A stretch of DNA of 64,000 bases from the NCBI GenBank assembly GCA_026389265.1, contig JAPLIE010000174.1, positions 23,568 through 87,567 on the forward strand, in the 5' to 3' direction. Source of the stretch: Cyanobacteriota bacterium (GTDB lineage: Bacteria; Cyanobacteriota; Cyanobacteriia; PCC-6307; Cyanobiaceae). The notes under the pieces were generated by a model, which had not been told where the DNA came from, made no database searches, and saw only the letters and a list, made by a program, of their open reading frames with translations. Of the stretch, positions 36,866 to 46,170 are shown one piece after another. The translations under genes were made by a program, and so were the position numbers. Each line of letters opens with the position of its first letter. The first letter of the stretch is position 1.

Positions 36866-38245
36866 ATGACGTCAACCACCGCTACGCTTGCTGCCTTGCG
36901 CTCCGGTCAGCTGAAGGGGATCACGCGGCTGGATCTTACCTGTGGCATGCAGGAATTCCCGCGGGAAATCTTCGAGTTAGCCGACACCCTTGAAGTTCTG
37001 AATCTCTCGGGCAACGCATTATCCGCGCTCCCGGATGATTTGTCGCGGCTGGGCAAGCTAAAGGTGTTGTTCTGCTCGGATAATCGCTTTACCCAGCTGC
37101 CCGAGGTGCTGGCCTCGTGCGTTCAGCTTGAGATGGTCGGGTTTAAAGCGAACAGCATTCGCGAGGTTGCCGCTGCAGCCATTTCCCCCGGATTGCGCTG
37201 GTTGATCCTCACGGATAACCAGATTTCGGTGCTTCCCGATTCCATCGGCAGCTGTGCGCGCCTGCAGAAACTGATGTTGGCTGGCAATCAACTGGCCGCG
37301 TTGCCGGAGGCGATGCACGCCTGCGTTGGGCTCGAGCTGCTGCGGATTTCGGCCAACAGGTTCGAGGCTTTGCCGGAATGGCTGCTGCACTTACCCCGGT
37401 TGACCTGGTTGGCGTTTGGCGGAAATCCGGTTTCAGCGGCGCCGCACGCCCCGAGCCCTGCCGTGGCCCGTCTGCAGTGGGCGGATCTGGTTTTGGCTGA
37501 ACAACTCGGCGAAGGCGCCTCTGGAGTGATCCATAAAGCTCACTGGCAGCCTTCGCCGCAGGAAGCCGGGCATCCCGTGGCGGTGAAACTGTTTAAGGGT
37601 GCGGTCACCAGTGACGGGTTTCCTGCAGAAGAGATGGCGGCCTGTTTGGCTGCGGGCCATCACGCTCATTTGATCGGGGCCCTTGGTGAACTCATCGGCC
37701 ACCCAGCCGGCACCAGCGGCTTGGTGATGCCGTGGATCGACCCGGGGTTTCGGAATTTGGCGGGCCCGCCCAATCTGGCGTCGTGCACGAGGGATATCTA
37801 TGAGGATGGTCAACGCTTCTCCCTGCCCTTGGTGCTGGATCTTGCGAAGGGCTTGGCCGCTGCCGCCGAGCACCTGCACGATCGTGGGATTCTGCACGGC
37901 GATTTTTATGCGCATAACGTGCTTTATCGCCCCGAAGGCGGCTGCTTTTTGGGGGACTTCGGGGCAGCCACCATGTACCCGCCTCAGGCCAGTGGAGGCA
38001 CGAATCCGTTTGAGGCGCTGGAGGTGCGCGCCTTCGGCTGTTTGCTTGGCGAGTTACTGGAGCGCTGTGAACCCGAAACCGAACCCGAACTGGACCTGCG
38101 CCTGCCGTCGTTGAAGGCGCTACAGCTCCGCTGTTTGGCGCCCGTGGCAGCAAGCCGGCCCCGGTTCGCTGAGCTGGTCGCCATGTTGGACTCCTTGGGT
38201 CGTTGCGGTGGCGGTGGATCGGCTTCGGCCCGAGAGGAGCGATAG
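36866..38245 (+). CDS. Leucine-rich-repeat protein fused to a Ser/Thr-type protein kinase domain
   Basis: LxxLxLxxN repeats (LEVLNLSGNAL, LQKLMLAGNQL); LGEGASG; VAVKLFKG; HGDFYAHN; LGDFGAA. Confidence 0.9.
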   Translation: MTSTTATLAALRSGQLKGITRLDLTCGMQEFPREIFELADTLEVLNLSGNALSALPDDLSRLGKLKVLFCSDNRFTQLPEVLASCVQLEMVGFKANSIREVAAAAISPGLRWLILTDNQISVLPDSIGSCARLQKLMLAGNQLAALPEAMHACVGLELLRISANRFEALPEWLLHLPRLTWLAFGGNPVSAAPHAPSPAVARLQWADLVLAEQLGEGASGVIHKAHWQPSPQEAGHPVAVKLFKGAVTSDGFPAEEMAACLAAGHHAHLIGALGELIGHPAGTSGLVMPWIDPGFRNLAGPPNLASCTRDIYEDGQRFSLPLVLDLAKGLAAAAEHLHDRGILHGDFYAHNVLYRPEGGCFLGDFGAATMYPPQASGGTNPFEALEVRAFGCLLGELLERCEPETEPELDLRLPSLKALQLRCLAPVAASRPRFAELVAMLDSLGRCGGGGSASAREER

Positions 38246-38379
38246 GGTCGCGCCAACCATCCGGCCCAGGCGGCCCTCTAGATCTCGTGATCCCCACGCC
38301 GTCGAGCCAGCAAGAGCATCCAGCCCAACTCTCAGAGAAGCCGGAATTGCCCCAACAGGCACCCTCGCGGACTAACGCC

Positions 38380-39081
38380 ATGCGATCTTGGCCATTCAGG
38401 GGGAACCCGGTCGGGGGGCACTTGGGCTTGATCGATGCCCGCGATCAGTGGAAGGAGGTGGTGATTCTGATCACGCTGATCCTGGTGCGCATCCACATGC
38501 TCACCTATGTGGATGCACTCAACTCAACGGCAGCGGATAACACCCACTCCCTCAAGTCGACGCTCAAGACTCTGGCGCTTCAGCAGCGATGGATCACTGT
38601 GGGCCCCTCTCTGATCTTCATCGGCCTGTTGCTGCTGGCCGTACTGCTGCGGAGACGCATTCCCCGCCGCTGGCTGGATGTGAGTGCCGGAGCTTTTATC
38701 AGCTTCAATCTGATCTTCCATTTCCTGAAGATCAACCTGCTCCTGCTCACACCACCGGCGTCCACCCAGCTGCTGATGGGCCAGCTCCTCACCTATCTGG
38801 TGTTCTTTGTGCTGGCCTGGGGGTGGATCTTCTGGCGTATCGACTGGGTGGGCCAGTCAAAGCCTGGCAGGGTGATTGAAGTTGCCGATGCTGGCGATCA
38901 AGTCAGCATGTTTGATTACTACCACGCCTCTCTGATGTCGATTGTGCGGCGCAGCCACTCGGAGCTGATCGGCAAGACCCGGAACGGGCGGATGCTGGTG
39001 GCGATCCACACCTTAATGGTGCTGGATCTGATCGCCGTGGCTCTTGGGCGCTTCTACCAGCTGATCACCAAGATGGTCTGA
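38380..39081 (+). CDS. Integral membrane hypothetical protein (DUF1345/channel-pore-like tail)
   Basis: Several hydrophobic helices; FDYYHASLMSI segment. ATG at 38380 preferred over the track start. Confidence 0.7.
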   Translation: MRSWPFRGNPVGGHLGLIDARDQWKEVVILITLILVRIHMLTYVDALNSTAADNTHSLKSTLKTLALQQRWITVGPSLIFIGLLLLAVLLRRRIPRRWLDVSAGAFISFNLIFHFLKINLLLLTPPASTQLLMGQLLTYLVFFVLAWGWIFWRIDWVGQSKPGRVIEVADAGDQVSMFDYYHASLMSIVRRSHSELIGKTRNGRMLVAIHTLMVLDLIAVALGRFYQLITKMV

Positions 39082-39174
39082 TCGCCGTTGCCAGCGGCAC
39101 CTGATCAAGCGAGCGGGCCCTGCAGGCATGTGTGGCAAGGTCGTCCGGGAGGGGCGTCAGCGTGGGGTTTAACC

Positions 39175-39936
39175 ATGATGGACTGGGTGGAGGCGGCACT
39201 GATCATCGGAGCGGCAGTTCTGGCCGGCGCCGTCAATGTGCTGGTGGGGGGTGGCTCCCTGATCACCTATCCCACCCTGCTGGCCCTCGGCCATCCGCCG
39301 GTGCTGGCCAATGTGTCCAACAACCTCGGCATGATCCCGGGCAACGCGGCCGGAGTGCTGGCCTACCGCCCCCTGCTGGCGGGCCACCGCTCCAGCCTGC
39401 TGGCCCTGGTGCCCGCCTCCCTGCTGGGGGGCCTGAGCGGCGCGATCCTGTTGCTGGTTCTGCCGGCGAAGCTGTTCGCCGCGGTGGTGCCACTGCTGAT
39501 CGCGCTGGCCTCGGTGCTGATGGCCCTGCAGCCCCACATCAGGGCCTGGATCGAACGGCGCCCCGGACCCCGGCAGGACAGCCGCCTCCCCCTGCTGGCC
39601 GGGGTGTACCTCACGGGACTCTATGGCGGTTATTTCGGCGCCGCCCAGGGCGTGCTGCTCCTGGCCGTGATGGCCGTGGGCCTCGATGAAAGCCTGCAGC
39701 GGCTGAATGGTTTCAAAAACGCCCTGGCGCTGATCGTGAATGCCACGGCCGCCGTGGTGTTCATCGGCTTCACCCGGGTCGACTGGCGGGTGGCGGCCCT
39801 GATCGCCGTGGGCACAGCAGCGGGCGGCTGGCTGGGCGGACGCTACGGCCGGCAAATCCCGGAGCGCCTGCTGCGCCGCACCATCGTGGTCACTGGCCTG
39901 GGGGTGGCCGTGGTGCTGGCCCTCAGGCTGCGCTGA
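39175..39936 (+). CDS. Sulfite exporter TauE/SafE family membrane protein
   Basis: AGAVNVLVGGGSLITYPTLL...GLYGGYFGAAQG...NGFKN. Confidence 0.9.
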   Translation: MMDWVEAALIIGAAVLAGAVNVLVGGGSLITYPTLLALGHPPVLANVSNNLGMIPGNAAGVLAYRPLLAGHRSSLLALVPASLLGGLSGAILLLVLPAKLFAAVVPLLIALASVLMALQPHIRAWIERRPGPRQDSRLPLLAGVYLTGLYGGYFGAAQGVLLLAVMAVGLDESLQRLNGFKNALALIVNATAAVVFIGFTRVDWRVAALIAVGTAAGGWLGGRYGRQIPERLLRRTIVVTGLGVAVVLALRLR

Positions 39937-40153
39937 GCGGGGGGGCAGGAGGCCCGCCCCGTGGGTTCGCCACCCGCTCAGTTCCATTCGTTGGCGCTGC
40001 CACCAAGGTGGGCGTTGAAGGCCTTTTCTTCCGCTACTGAACTCACCGTGCAGCCGCCGTTGTCATGGCCATCGTCCTGCCGCAGACCTACGGCCAACCG
40101 CAAACCGAAATCAACGAGATCCTGCACGACCAAATGGCGGCAGCGTCATCCCT

Positions 40154-40240
40154 GGCGAATCCAGTCACAACGAACCCTTCCCCGTGACCGCCGAAGCGTT
40201 GGTGGCGGCGCTGAAGGCGGCCGATCAGCTTCATGATCGG
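40154..40240 (+). pseudogene. C-terminal scrap of a glycerol dehydrogenase / iron-containing alcohol dehydrogenase
   Basis: GESSHNEPFPVTAEALVAALKAADQL resembles the GldA C-terminal helix; no upstream body. Confidence 0.5.
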
Positions 40241-40260
40241 AAGATTCCCGCTCGCCGCTC

Positions 40261-41922
40261 ATGCAGATCGTCGCCGCCCTGATCGAAGCCCTGCGGCTGC
40301 GCAGCGTGCAGCGCGTTTATGGAGTGCCGGGTGATTATGTGCTGGGCCTGTTTGCCGCCCTGCAGGCCTCGCCGATCGATCTGATCTGCACCGCCGGGGA
40401 GGAGGGGGCCGGCTTCGCCGCCGATGCCCACGGGCGTCTGCAGGGTCTGGGCGTGGCGGTGGTCACCTACGGCGTCGGTGCTCTGAAGCTGCTCAATCCG
40501 GTAGCCGGCGCCTACGCCGAACGCTCACCCCTGTTGGTGATCTCCGGCGCCCCGGGCCTGCGAGAGAGCGAGGAGCACCCCCTGCTGCACCACCGCATCC
40601 GGGCGGATCAAACCCAGCTGCGTCTGTTCCGGGAGATCACGGTGGCGAGCGCAGTGCTCGATTCCGGCCGCACCGCCGCCCAGGAGCTGGTGCGGGTGCT
40701 GGAGGGGATGCGGCGCGAATCCCGCCCCGGCTACCTGGAGCTTCCGGCCGATTGCCTCAACCGGGAGATTCCCTGGCCGATCGATCTGACCCCGCCGGCC
40801 CCCACGCCCCTGGCCATCCCGGAGGGTCTGCGGCGCGAGGGGGAGCGCTGGTTGGCCTGGATGCGCGGCCGCCAGCGCCCCCTGGTGCTGGGAGGCGTGG
40901 AGCTGGCCCGCTTCCGTCTGCAGCCCCTGCTGCGGCAGATCCTGGAGCGGGAGGGCTGGGCGTTAGCCACCAGCCTCTCGGGCAAGAGCCTCTTAAGCGA
41001 AAGCCATCCCCAGGTCCTGGGCATCTACGAGGGGGCGATGGGGCAGCCCCACCTGCGCCAGCGCGTGGAGAGCAGCGACGGCCTGCTGGTGCTCGGCCAG
41101 CCCCTCAACGACCTCGACACCGGCGTCTTCACCATGGCGGTGGACCCCGCCCACGTGCTGCAGGTGGATCTGGAGGGGGGGCTGCGCACAGCCGACGATC
41201 GCAACGAGAACCTCGATCCCCTCACCCTGCTGCGCATCTGGGCGGAGGCAGGCGCGCCGGAGCCCGCCCCCCTGCCGATTGCGGCCCCTGGCCCCGCGCC
41301 GGCCGCCACCTTCGAGCCGGCGCCCGACCAGCCGGTGGGAGTGGAGCGGTTGATGGCGGCGATTGAAGCCGTCCTGCCCGCCGATGCCACCGTGCTGGCG
41401 GATCCCGGCGATGCCCTCTTCGCCGCCGCCGATCTGCACCTCGGGGACAACAGCCATTTCCTCGCCAGCAGCTTCTGGGCTTCCCTCGGCTTCGCCCTGC
41501 CCGCCGCCGTGGGGGCCTGGGGAGCCTGCCCGGAGCACCCGCCCGTGGTGCTCCTCGGCGACGGCGCCCTGCTGATGTGCGCTAACGAGCTGGCCACCCT
41601 GGCCCGCTATGCCATTCCCGCCCTGGTGGTCGTGCTCGACAACGGCGGCTATGGCACCGAGCGACCGATCCTCGATGGACCGTTCAACGATCTACAGCCG
41701 GTGGCCCATCGGGAGCTGGCCCTGGCGATGGGCTTCAGCGCCGCGGAGCGGGTGAAGAACGAGGAGGAGCTCTGGAGTTGCCTGGGCCGCTGGCGATCAG
41801 ACGGGATGACGGGCCCCATGTTGATCAGCGTGGCCATCCCCGCCGGCGCAATGTCAGCGGCGCTGAGGCGGCTCTCCACGGCTCTGGCGCAGAAGCTGGC
41901 CAGCCCAGCGCCGCAGGGCTAA
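40261..41922 (+). CDS. Thiamine-pyrophosphate-dependent 2-oxoacid decarboxylase (indolepyruvate/phenylpyruvate decarboxylase family)
   Basis: YGVPGDYVL...EEGAGFAADAHGR...AYAERSP; TPP motif GDGALLM...LDNGGYG. Confidence 0.9.
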   Translation: MQIVAALIEALRLRSVQRVYGVPGDYVLGLFAALQASPIDLICTAGEEGAGFAADAHGRLQGLGVAVVTYGVGALKLLNPVAGAYAERSPLLVISGAPGLRESEEHPLLHHRIRADQTQLRLFREITVASAVLDSGRTAAQELVRVLEGMRRESRPGYLELPADCLNREIPWPIDLTPPAPTPLAIPEGLRREGERWLAWMRGRQRPLVLGGVELARFRLQPLLRQILEREGWALATSLSGKSLLSESHPQVLGIYEGAMGQPHLRQRVESSDGLLVLGQPLNDLDTGVFTMAVDPAHVLQVDLEGGLRTADDRNENLDPLTLLRIWAEAGAPEPAPLPIAAPGPAPAATFEPAPDQPVGVERLMAAIEAVLPADATVLADPGDALFAAADLHLGDNSHFLASSFWASLGFALPAAVGAWGACPEHPPVVLLGDGALLMCANELATLARYAIPALVVVLDNGGYGTERPILDGPFNDLQPVAHRELALAMGFSAAERVKNEEELWSCLGRWRSDGMTGPMLISVAIPAGAMSAALRRLSTALAQKLASPAPQG

Positions 41923-41934
41923 GGGCGCCCCGCC

Positions 41935-42030
41935 AGCGGCGCCTACCTGGCGGTGGTGTGCGGCAGCGGCGATGGCTACCGGCAGGCGGATGGCATCGCC
42001 GTGGTGCCGGTGAGGGCGCTGGGGGCTTGA
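41935..42030 (+). pseudogene. C-terminal scrap of a DUF4143/AAA ATP-binding protein
   Basis: AYLAVVCGSGDGYRQADGIAVVPVRALGA* directly after the decarboxylase stop; no start or body. Confidence 0.5.
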
Positions 42031-42053
42031 CCATCGTTTCCTAACCTGTCCCC

Positions 42054-42390
42054 ATGGCCGATCCAGACATCCGCTGGCGCCAGCGGTTTGATCATTTCGA
42101 GCGGGCCTTCCAGCTGCTGGAGCGCGGCGTGGATCTGGCGCGCCAACGACCGCTGAGCGAGCTGGAGCAACAGGGCCTGATCCAGGGTTTTGAGTTCAGC
42201 CATGAACTCGCCTGGAATCTGCTTAAGGACTACCTCCAGCATGACCATGATCAAGAGCCGCAATCAGTCGTCCCACACCTACAACCTCGAACAGGCCCAG
42301 TCGATCGCTCGCGACGTGATCGAACGCTATGCCCCGCTGTTCGTCGCCTTGCGGGAGCGTTTCAGCGCTTTGGGCCAGGAAGTGTTGTGA
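42054..42390 (+). pseudogene. HI0074-family HEPN protein (nucleotidyltransferase substrate-binding), internally deleted and frameshifted
   Basis: DIRWRQRF...QGLIQGFEFSHELAWNLLKDYL in one frame; MIKSRNQSSHTYN...ERFSAL in another; break at ~42243. Confidence 0.85.
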
Positions 42391-42779
42391 CAGCCAGCCC
42401 CCAGCCAGCTGGCACTCAGGCCATCGGTCTGCCCGACGCGACCCTCACGGCCATCCGCCAGGTTCTCGCCAGTCACCCAGAGGTGGAGGCCGCGATCCTC
42501 TACGGCTCTCGGGCCCTGGGTCGCCATCGTCCCGCCTCCGACATCGACCTCACCCTGATCGGCCCCGCCATCAGCGCCGCCTCCCTGGCCCGCATCGATG
42601 CCGATCTCGATGATCTATTGCTGCCCTGGATGATCGATCTCTCCTGCCAGGCCTCGATTGATCACCCCGCCCTCCTGGCCCATATCGAGCGTGCCGGCTT
42701 CGAGCTATATCGGCGGCGGGATGCGCCAGGGCTCCCGGCCAGCCCGGCGATGTCAGACGAAAGACGCGGCGATGGCTGA
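42387..42779 (+). CDS. Minimal nucleotidyltransferase (MNT) antitoxin
   Basis: AILYGSRALGRHRPASDIDLTL (GSX10DXD); GTG overlaps the HEPN stop (GTGA). Confidence 0.85.
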   Translation: MTASPQPAGTQAIGLPDATLTAIRQVLASHPEVEAAILYGSRALGRHRPASDIDLTLIGPAISAASLARIDADLDDLLLPWMIDLSCQASIDHPALLAHIERAGFELYRRRDAPGLPASPAMSDERRGDG

Positions 42780-42837
42780 GACTGGCTAGCGCGTTCCCCA
42801 TTCAGCCGCCACGCAAACCCGCAGACCCCTGGCCATT

Positions 42838-43220
42838 GTGGTTGCCGTTGTTGTGCTGACGCTCAGCGTTTTCCTGCACGGCGTTTTCCAGACGCCGGCT
42901 CTGGCGCAGGTCCAGCTCCAGGCGCCAGTCCAGCAGGAGCCGTTGATCGATCAACCCCAGGCCAAGCCACCGATCGATGGCGTGCCGATCCTGCTCGATG
43001 GCCGGGAGGTGTTAACCCTGCGGCGAGGGATCGCCGGTTTCTCGCTGCAGGAGCGGGCAGAGACGATCAGCCGCCGCCTGAAGCGCTTCGCCCAGGACGA
43101 TTCCCGTTCGATCGACTCCCTCACCTTTCAGCAACCGGTGGATGACGATTTCTGGTATATCAGCGCCGGTCAGGACGTGCTGCTCACCATCAATGAACGC
43201 GATGCCCAGGCCAGCAGCGG
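42838..43220 (+). pseudogene. N-terminal fragment of a cyanobacterial MscS-family periplasmic region
   Basis: Signal segment; PILLDGREVLTLRRGIAGFSLQERAETISRRL...VLLTINERDA; then reads into the antisense of the next gene. Confidence 0.55.
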
Positions 43221-43815
43221 ATTTCACGCCGCCGCTGGCCCCGATGCGCCTGCGGAGCTGGCGGCTCCAGCCGAAGGCGGCACCAGCACCGAGCAGGGGC
43301 AGAGGGCCAGGGACAGATGCGGCCACAGGCCCATTGAAGAGGCTGATGGTGGTGGATGCCCTGCCAAAAATTGAATCATCGCTGTTCTGCCTGAAGCCGA
43401 ACACATCTCCGGCGATCACATTAAAAGATGCTGAGCCAGTCTGGTTCTCGGCGCCACTGTTATCAGTCAGCTGAGTGAAAGCCCCATTCAAGAGATAGCC
43501 AAAGGGGTCATAAAATGGGTTATCAGCAGTTGAAAAAGACCAGTTAAAGCTCACGGTTCCCCCTGAGGGTGCTGCGATCGTGAAGTCGGTATTCTTGTTG
43601 CCGCCGCCGTTATCGGCACCAGTTAAGGTAATGCTGGCTGGGGCTCCGCCTGTGTTGATCGAGCCATCGGGCTGAATGGTTTGGGTCCAGTTCGCCTGGG
43701 CATAGTAACCATCGAACAGGGTCAGGGCCTGGGCGGGATTGGCGGCAAGGGCCAGGCTTGTTGCGGCCAAGGCTACCGGTGCAGCCGCCTTAGCGAGGGA
43801 GCGTAGTAAATGCAT
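43012..43815 (-). CDS. PEP-CTERM-like (VPGPLP) secreted protein; native stop lost, reads about 65 codons into the mscS relic
   Basis: Signal peptide ending PAQA; Gly/Ser/Thr/Asn-rich beta-type domain; VPGPLPLLGAGAAFGWSRQLRRRI at ~43240-43315. Confidence 0.85.
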   Translation of the reverse strand: MHLLRSLAKAAAPVALAATSLALAANPAQALTLFDGYYAQANWTQTIQPDGSINTGGAPASITLTGADNGGGNKNTDFTIAAPSGGTVSFNWSFSTADNPFYDPFGYLLNGAFTQLTDNSGAENQTGSASFNVIAGDVFGFRQNSDDSIFGRASTTISLFNGPVAASVPGPLPLLGAGAAFGWSRQLRRRIGASGGVKSAAGLGIAFIDGEQHVLTGADIPEIVIHRLLKGEGVDRTGIVLGEALQAAADRLCPLLQRETGDPSPQG

Positions 43816-43840
43816 CGTTTTGCATTAAAACTGCGCTCAC

Positions 43841-43871
43841 AGTGTCCCCCCCCCCCCTTTTTTTTTGTCAA
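43841..43871 (-). promoter_or_regulatory. Candidate sigma70-type promoter with an A8-G12 homopolymer spacer (TTGACA-N19-GACACT)
   Basis: Plus strand C12 (43846-43857) then T9 (43858-43866). Perfect TTGACA on the minus strand at 43871-43866, about 50 bp upstream of ATG 43815. The -10 element is weak. Confidence 0.5.
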
Positions 43872-43996
43872 GTATCGGCCAATACCTGGGTCAATTCGGC
43901 CTCACTCCTGGTCCTGATGGGGTAGACGGGCTGAATCGGCAGCTCACTTGCTGGCCATCGCTCTTTCTCTGTCCCTCCCCTGCAGGCCTAGCCCGC

Positions 43997-44319
43997 CTAC
44001 CCCACCTGCTGCCAATCCGCCGGATGGGGCGCCAGATACTCCGCGGAAGCACCCCCTTCCCCTTTCGGGGCGGTCAGCACCAGATCCAGGCTGATCGAGA
44101 AGCGGCTGTCGTCGGGGTCTTCGTTCTCCAGCACGGCGTGATCCACGCTGGCCGGAAACAGCACCAGCAACCCGGCCCGAGGTGCCAGATCAAACCAGGG
44201 CGCATTCCACTGGGCCGCCGCAGGGGCATCGGCGCGGATTGGGCCGTCGTGGCCTACCGCCAGGCCCGGCACCAGCTCATTGGGCTGGCGGGGCGGGAAA
44301 AAACGCAAGCAGCCGCTGC
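43997..44319 (-). pseudogene. C-terminal part of a TIGR02466-like putative 2OG-Fe(II) oxygenase
   Basis: GCLRFFPP...PRAGLLVLFPASVDHAVLENEDPDDSRFSISLD; N-terminus absent. Confidence 0.7.
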
Positions 44320-44438
44320 GCCGCTGCCAGCACGGTCTGGTCGGCGCGGCAGGCAAAGCTGTGGCTGGTGCCATCGAGGCTGACCTGGACCTGGAAGCTG
44401 GGGGTTTCGCTTACCGAGTTGCCGTCGTTGGGGGCCAT
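44320..44438 (-). pseudogene. N-terminal part of a 2Fe-2S ferredoxin
   Basis: MAPNDGNSVSETPSFQVQVSLDGTSHSFACRADQTVLAAA; ends before the Cys cluster. Confidence 0.65.
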
Positions 44439-44642
44439 CCTGGCTGAGCGCCGGTCAGGGTCCAGGGCAGGGCTGGCCGCTCAAGGGGCGAAGAGCAAAA
44501 GTGCGGAGATCATTGAGGTCTGTCTGAGCGATGCTGTCCCCCAAGACAGCTTCCTTAACTATGCAGCTGAAATAACAACTGCAAAGTTCAGACTGCTCAA
44601 AGAGATCGCGATTGCTGGCCTGTGGCGCAGTGGCAGAACAAA

Positions 44643-46005
44643 ATGGAGCAGGGGCGCACTCGAATCGGCGCGATCGCTGCCTGGGCGGCGGCAGGATTGC
44701 TGGGAGGCCTGATCGGCTCGCTGGCGGCGGTGGCGCTCACCGAGCTGATCAAGCTGTCGCTGGCCGCCGCCTCCGGTCTGGGTCCGGCGGCGCTGCGGCT
44801 GCTGCCCCTGCTCGGCGTGGGCCTGGCGGTGCTGATTCTGTTCGGCCTGGGCCGAGGGCCAATCGGTGCAGACGATCGCCCCCCGCCAGACGCTCCGCCC
44901 AGGCGTGGCTCCTGGCTCGCTGGCGGCCTGGTACTCGTTCCCCCACGACATCGCCCGCGCCGATCTGACGGGCGATGTGGTCAACGCGTCGGGGGTGGAG
45001 GAGCGGTTCCCGTTGAACCTGGCGCCCCTGCGGGCGCTGGCGATCCTGTCCACCGTGGGGTTGGGGGCGCCGATGGGTACGGAATCGCCGGCGGCCCACA
45101 TCGGCGTGGCCACGGGCAGCTGGCTGGGCAGCGCGCTGCCGGCGCTGCGGGCCTTGGCCCGGCCCCTGGCGATCGGGGGCGGCGCGGCGAGCGTGTCGGC
45201 CCTGATCGGCATCCCGCTGGTGGGCAGTTTATTCATGGCCGAGCTGGCGGCGCGGCGCCATATCCCGCTGAGCGCGCCGCGGGCCGCCGCGATGCTGGCG
45301 GGCGGCCTCAGCGGCTGGGCGGTGAATGCCGCCTTTCAGCTCAATCTGATCCGATTGGTGGTGCCCCGGCTTCCCCCCGCCGGTTTTCTCGCCGCGGTGG
45401 AGGCCACCCTGTGCATCGGCATGGTGGCCGGCGCCCTCACGGCCCTCACCGGTGAGGCGATCTACTGGGCCCGGGGTTGGCGCGACCGACCGCTGACGCG
45501 CCTGCTGATCGGCGGCACGGCGCTGCTGGTTCTGGCGTTGCTGATCGGGGTCCTTGCCACCCCGGCGGCGGCTTTCGGGCCGGGGGGCGCGGCGATCGTC
45601 TGGGCCGAAACCACCAGCCCCGCCCCGCTGCGCCTGCTGGCCCTGGCATTGCTGCGGGCGGCCGCCACCACGGCGGCGGTGCTGGCGGGGGGCTGCGGCG
45701 GGGTTTTCGTGCCGTTCCTGGCGATCGGTGACCTGTGCGGCCGGGTGTTCGCGGCCCCCTTCGGGATCGCGCCAGACCTGGCCGGTGCTGCCGGAGCCGC
45801 CGCGGGCATCGCGGGCGGTTACCGCCTGCCGTTCACCGCCATGGCGATGGTGCTGGGCGTCGGCGGACCGGAGGGCGCACAGCTCACGAGCATGGCCACG
45901 GTGCTGGTGGCGGCCCTGTCCGGATTGCTCACGGCCCGAGCCGCCAATGCGATGAGCACGCTGGTGCGAAGTCTTTGGCGGCAGCGGGTTGGGTTAGGAG
46001 AGTGA
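44643..46005 (+). pseudogene. CLC-family chloride channel/transporter with one frameshift near 44880-44910 (real or assembly error)
   Basis: N-terminal TM helices in frame 44643; GLGAPMGTESPAAHIG...GGCGGVFVPFL in frame 44866. Confidence 0.75.
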
Positions 46006-46170
46006 AGGGAGGAGGCTGGCCAGGCAGCGTGTGGGGTGGCGCACTGGTGAGTCGTTGATCTCAGCCAGCCGAATCAATGCCGCATGTGCAAGAGAAGCGG
46101 GAACATTCTCATTAACGCTTGAAATGTGAACTCACAATTTGCGCTAGAGACCAGTCATCCACTCATCCAC

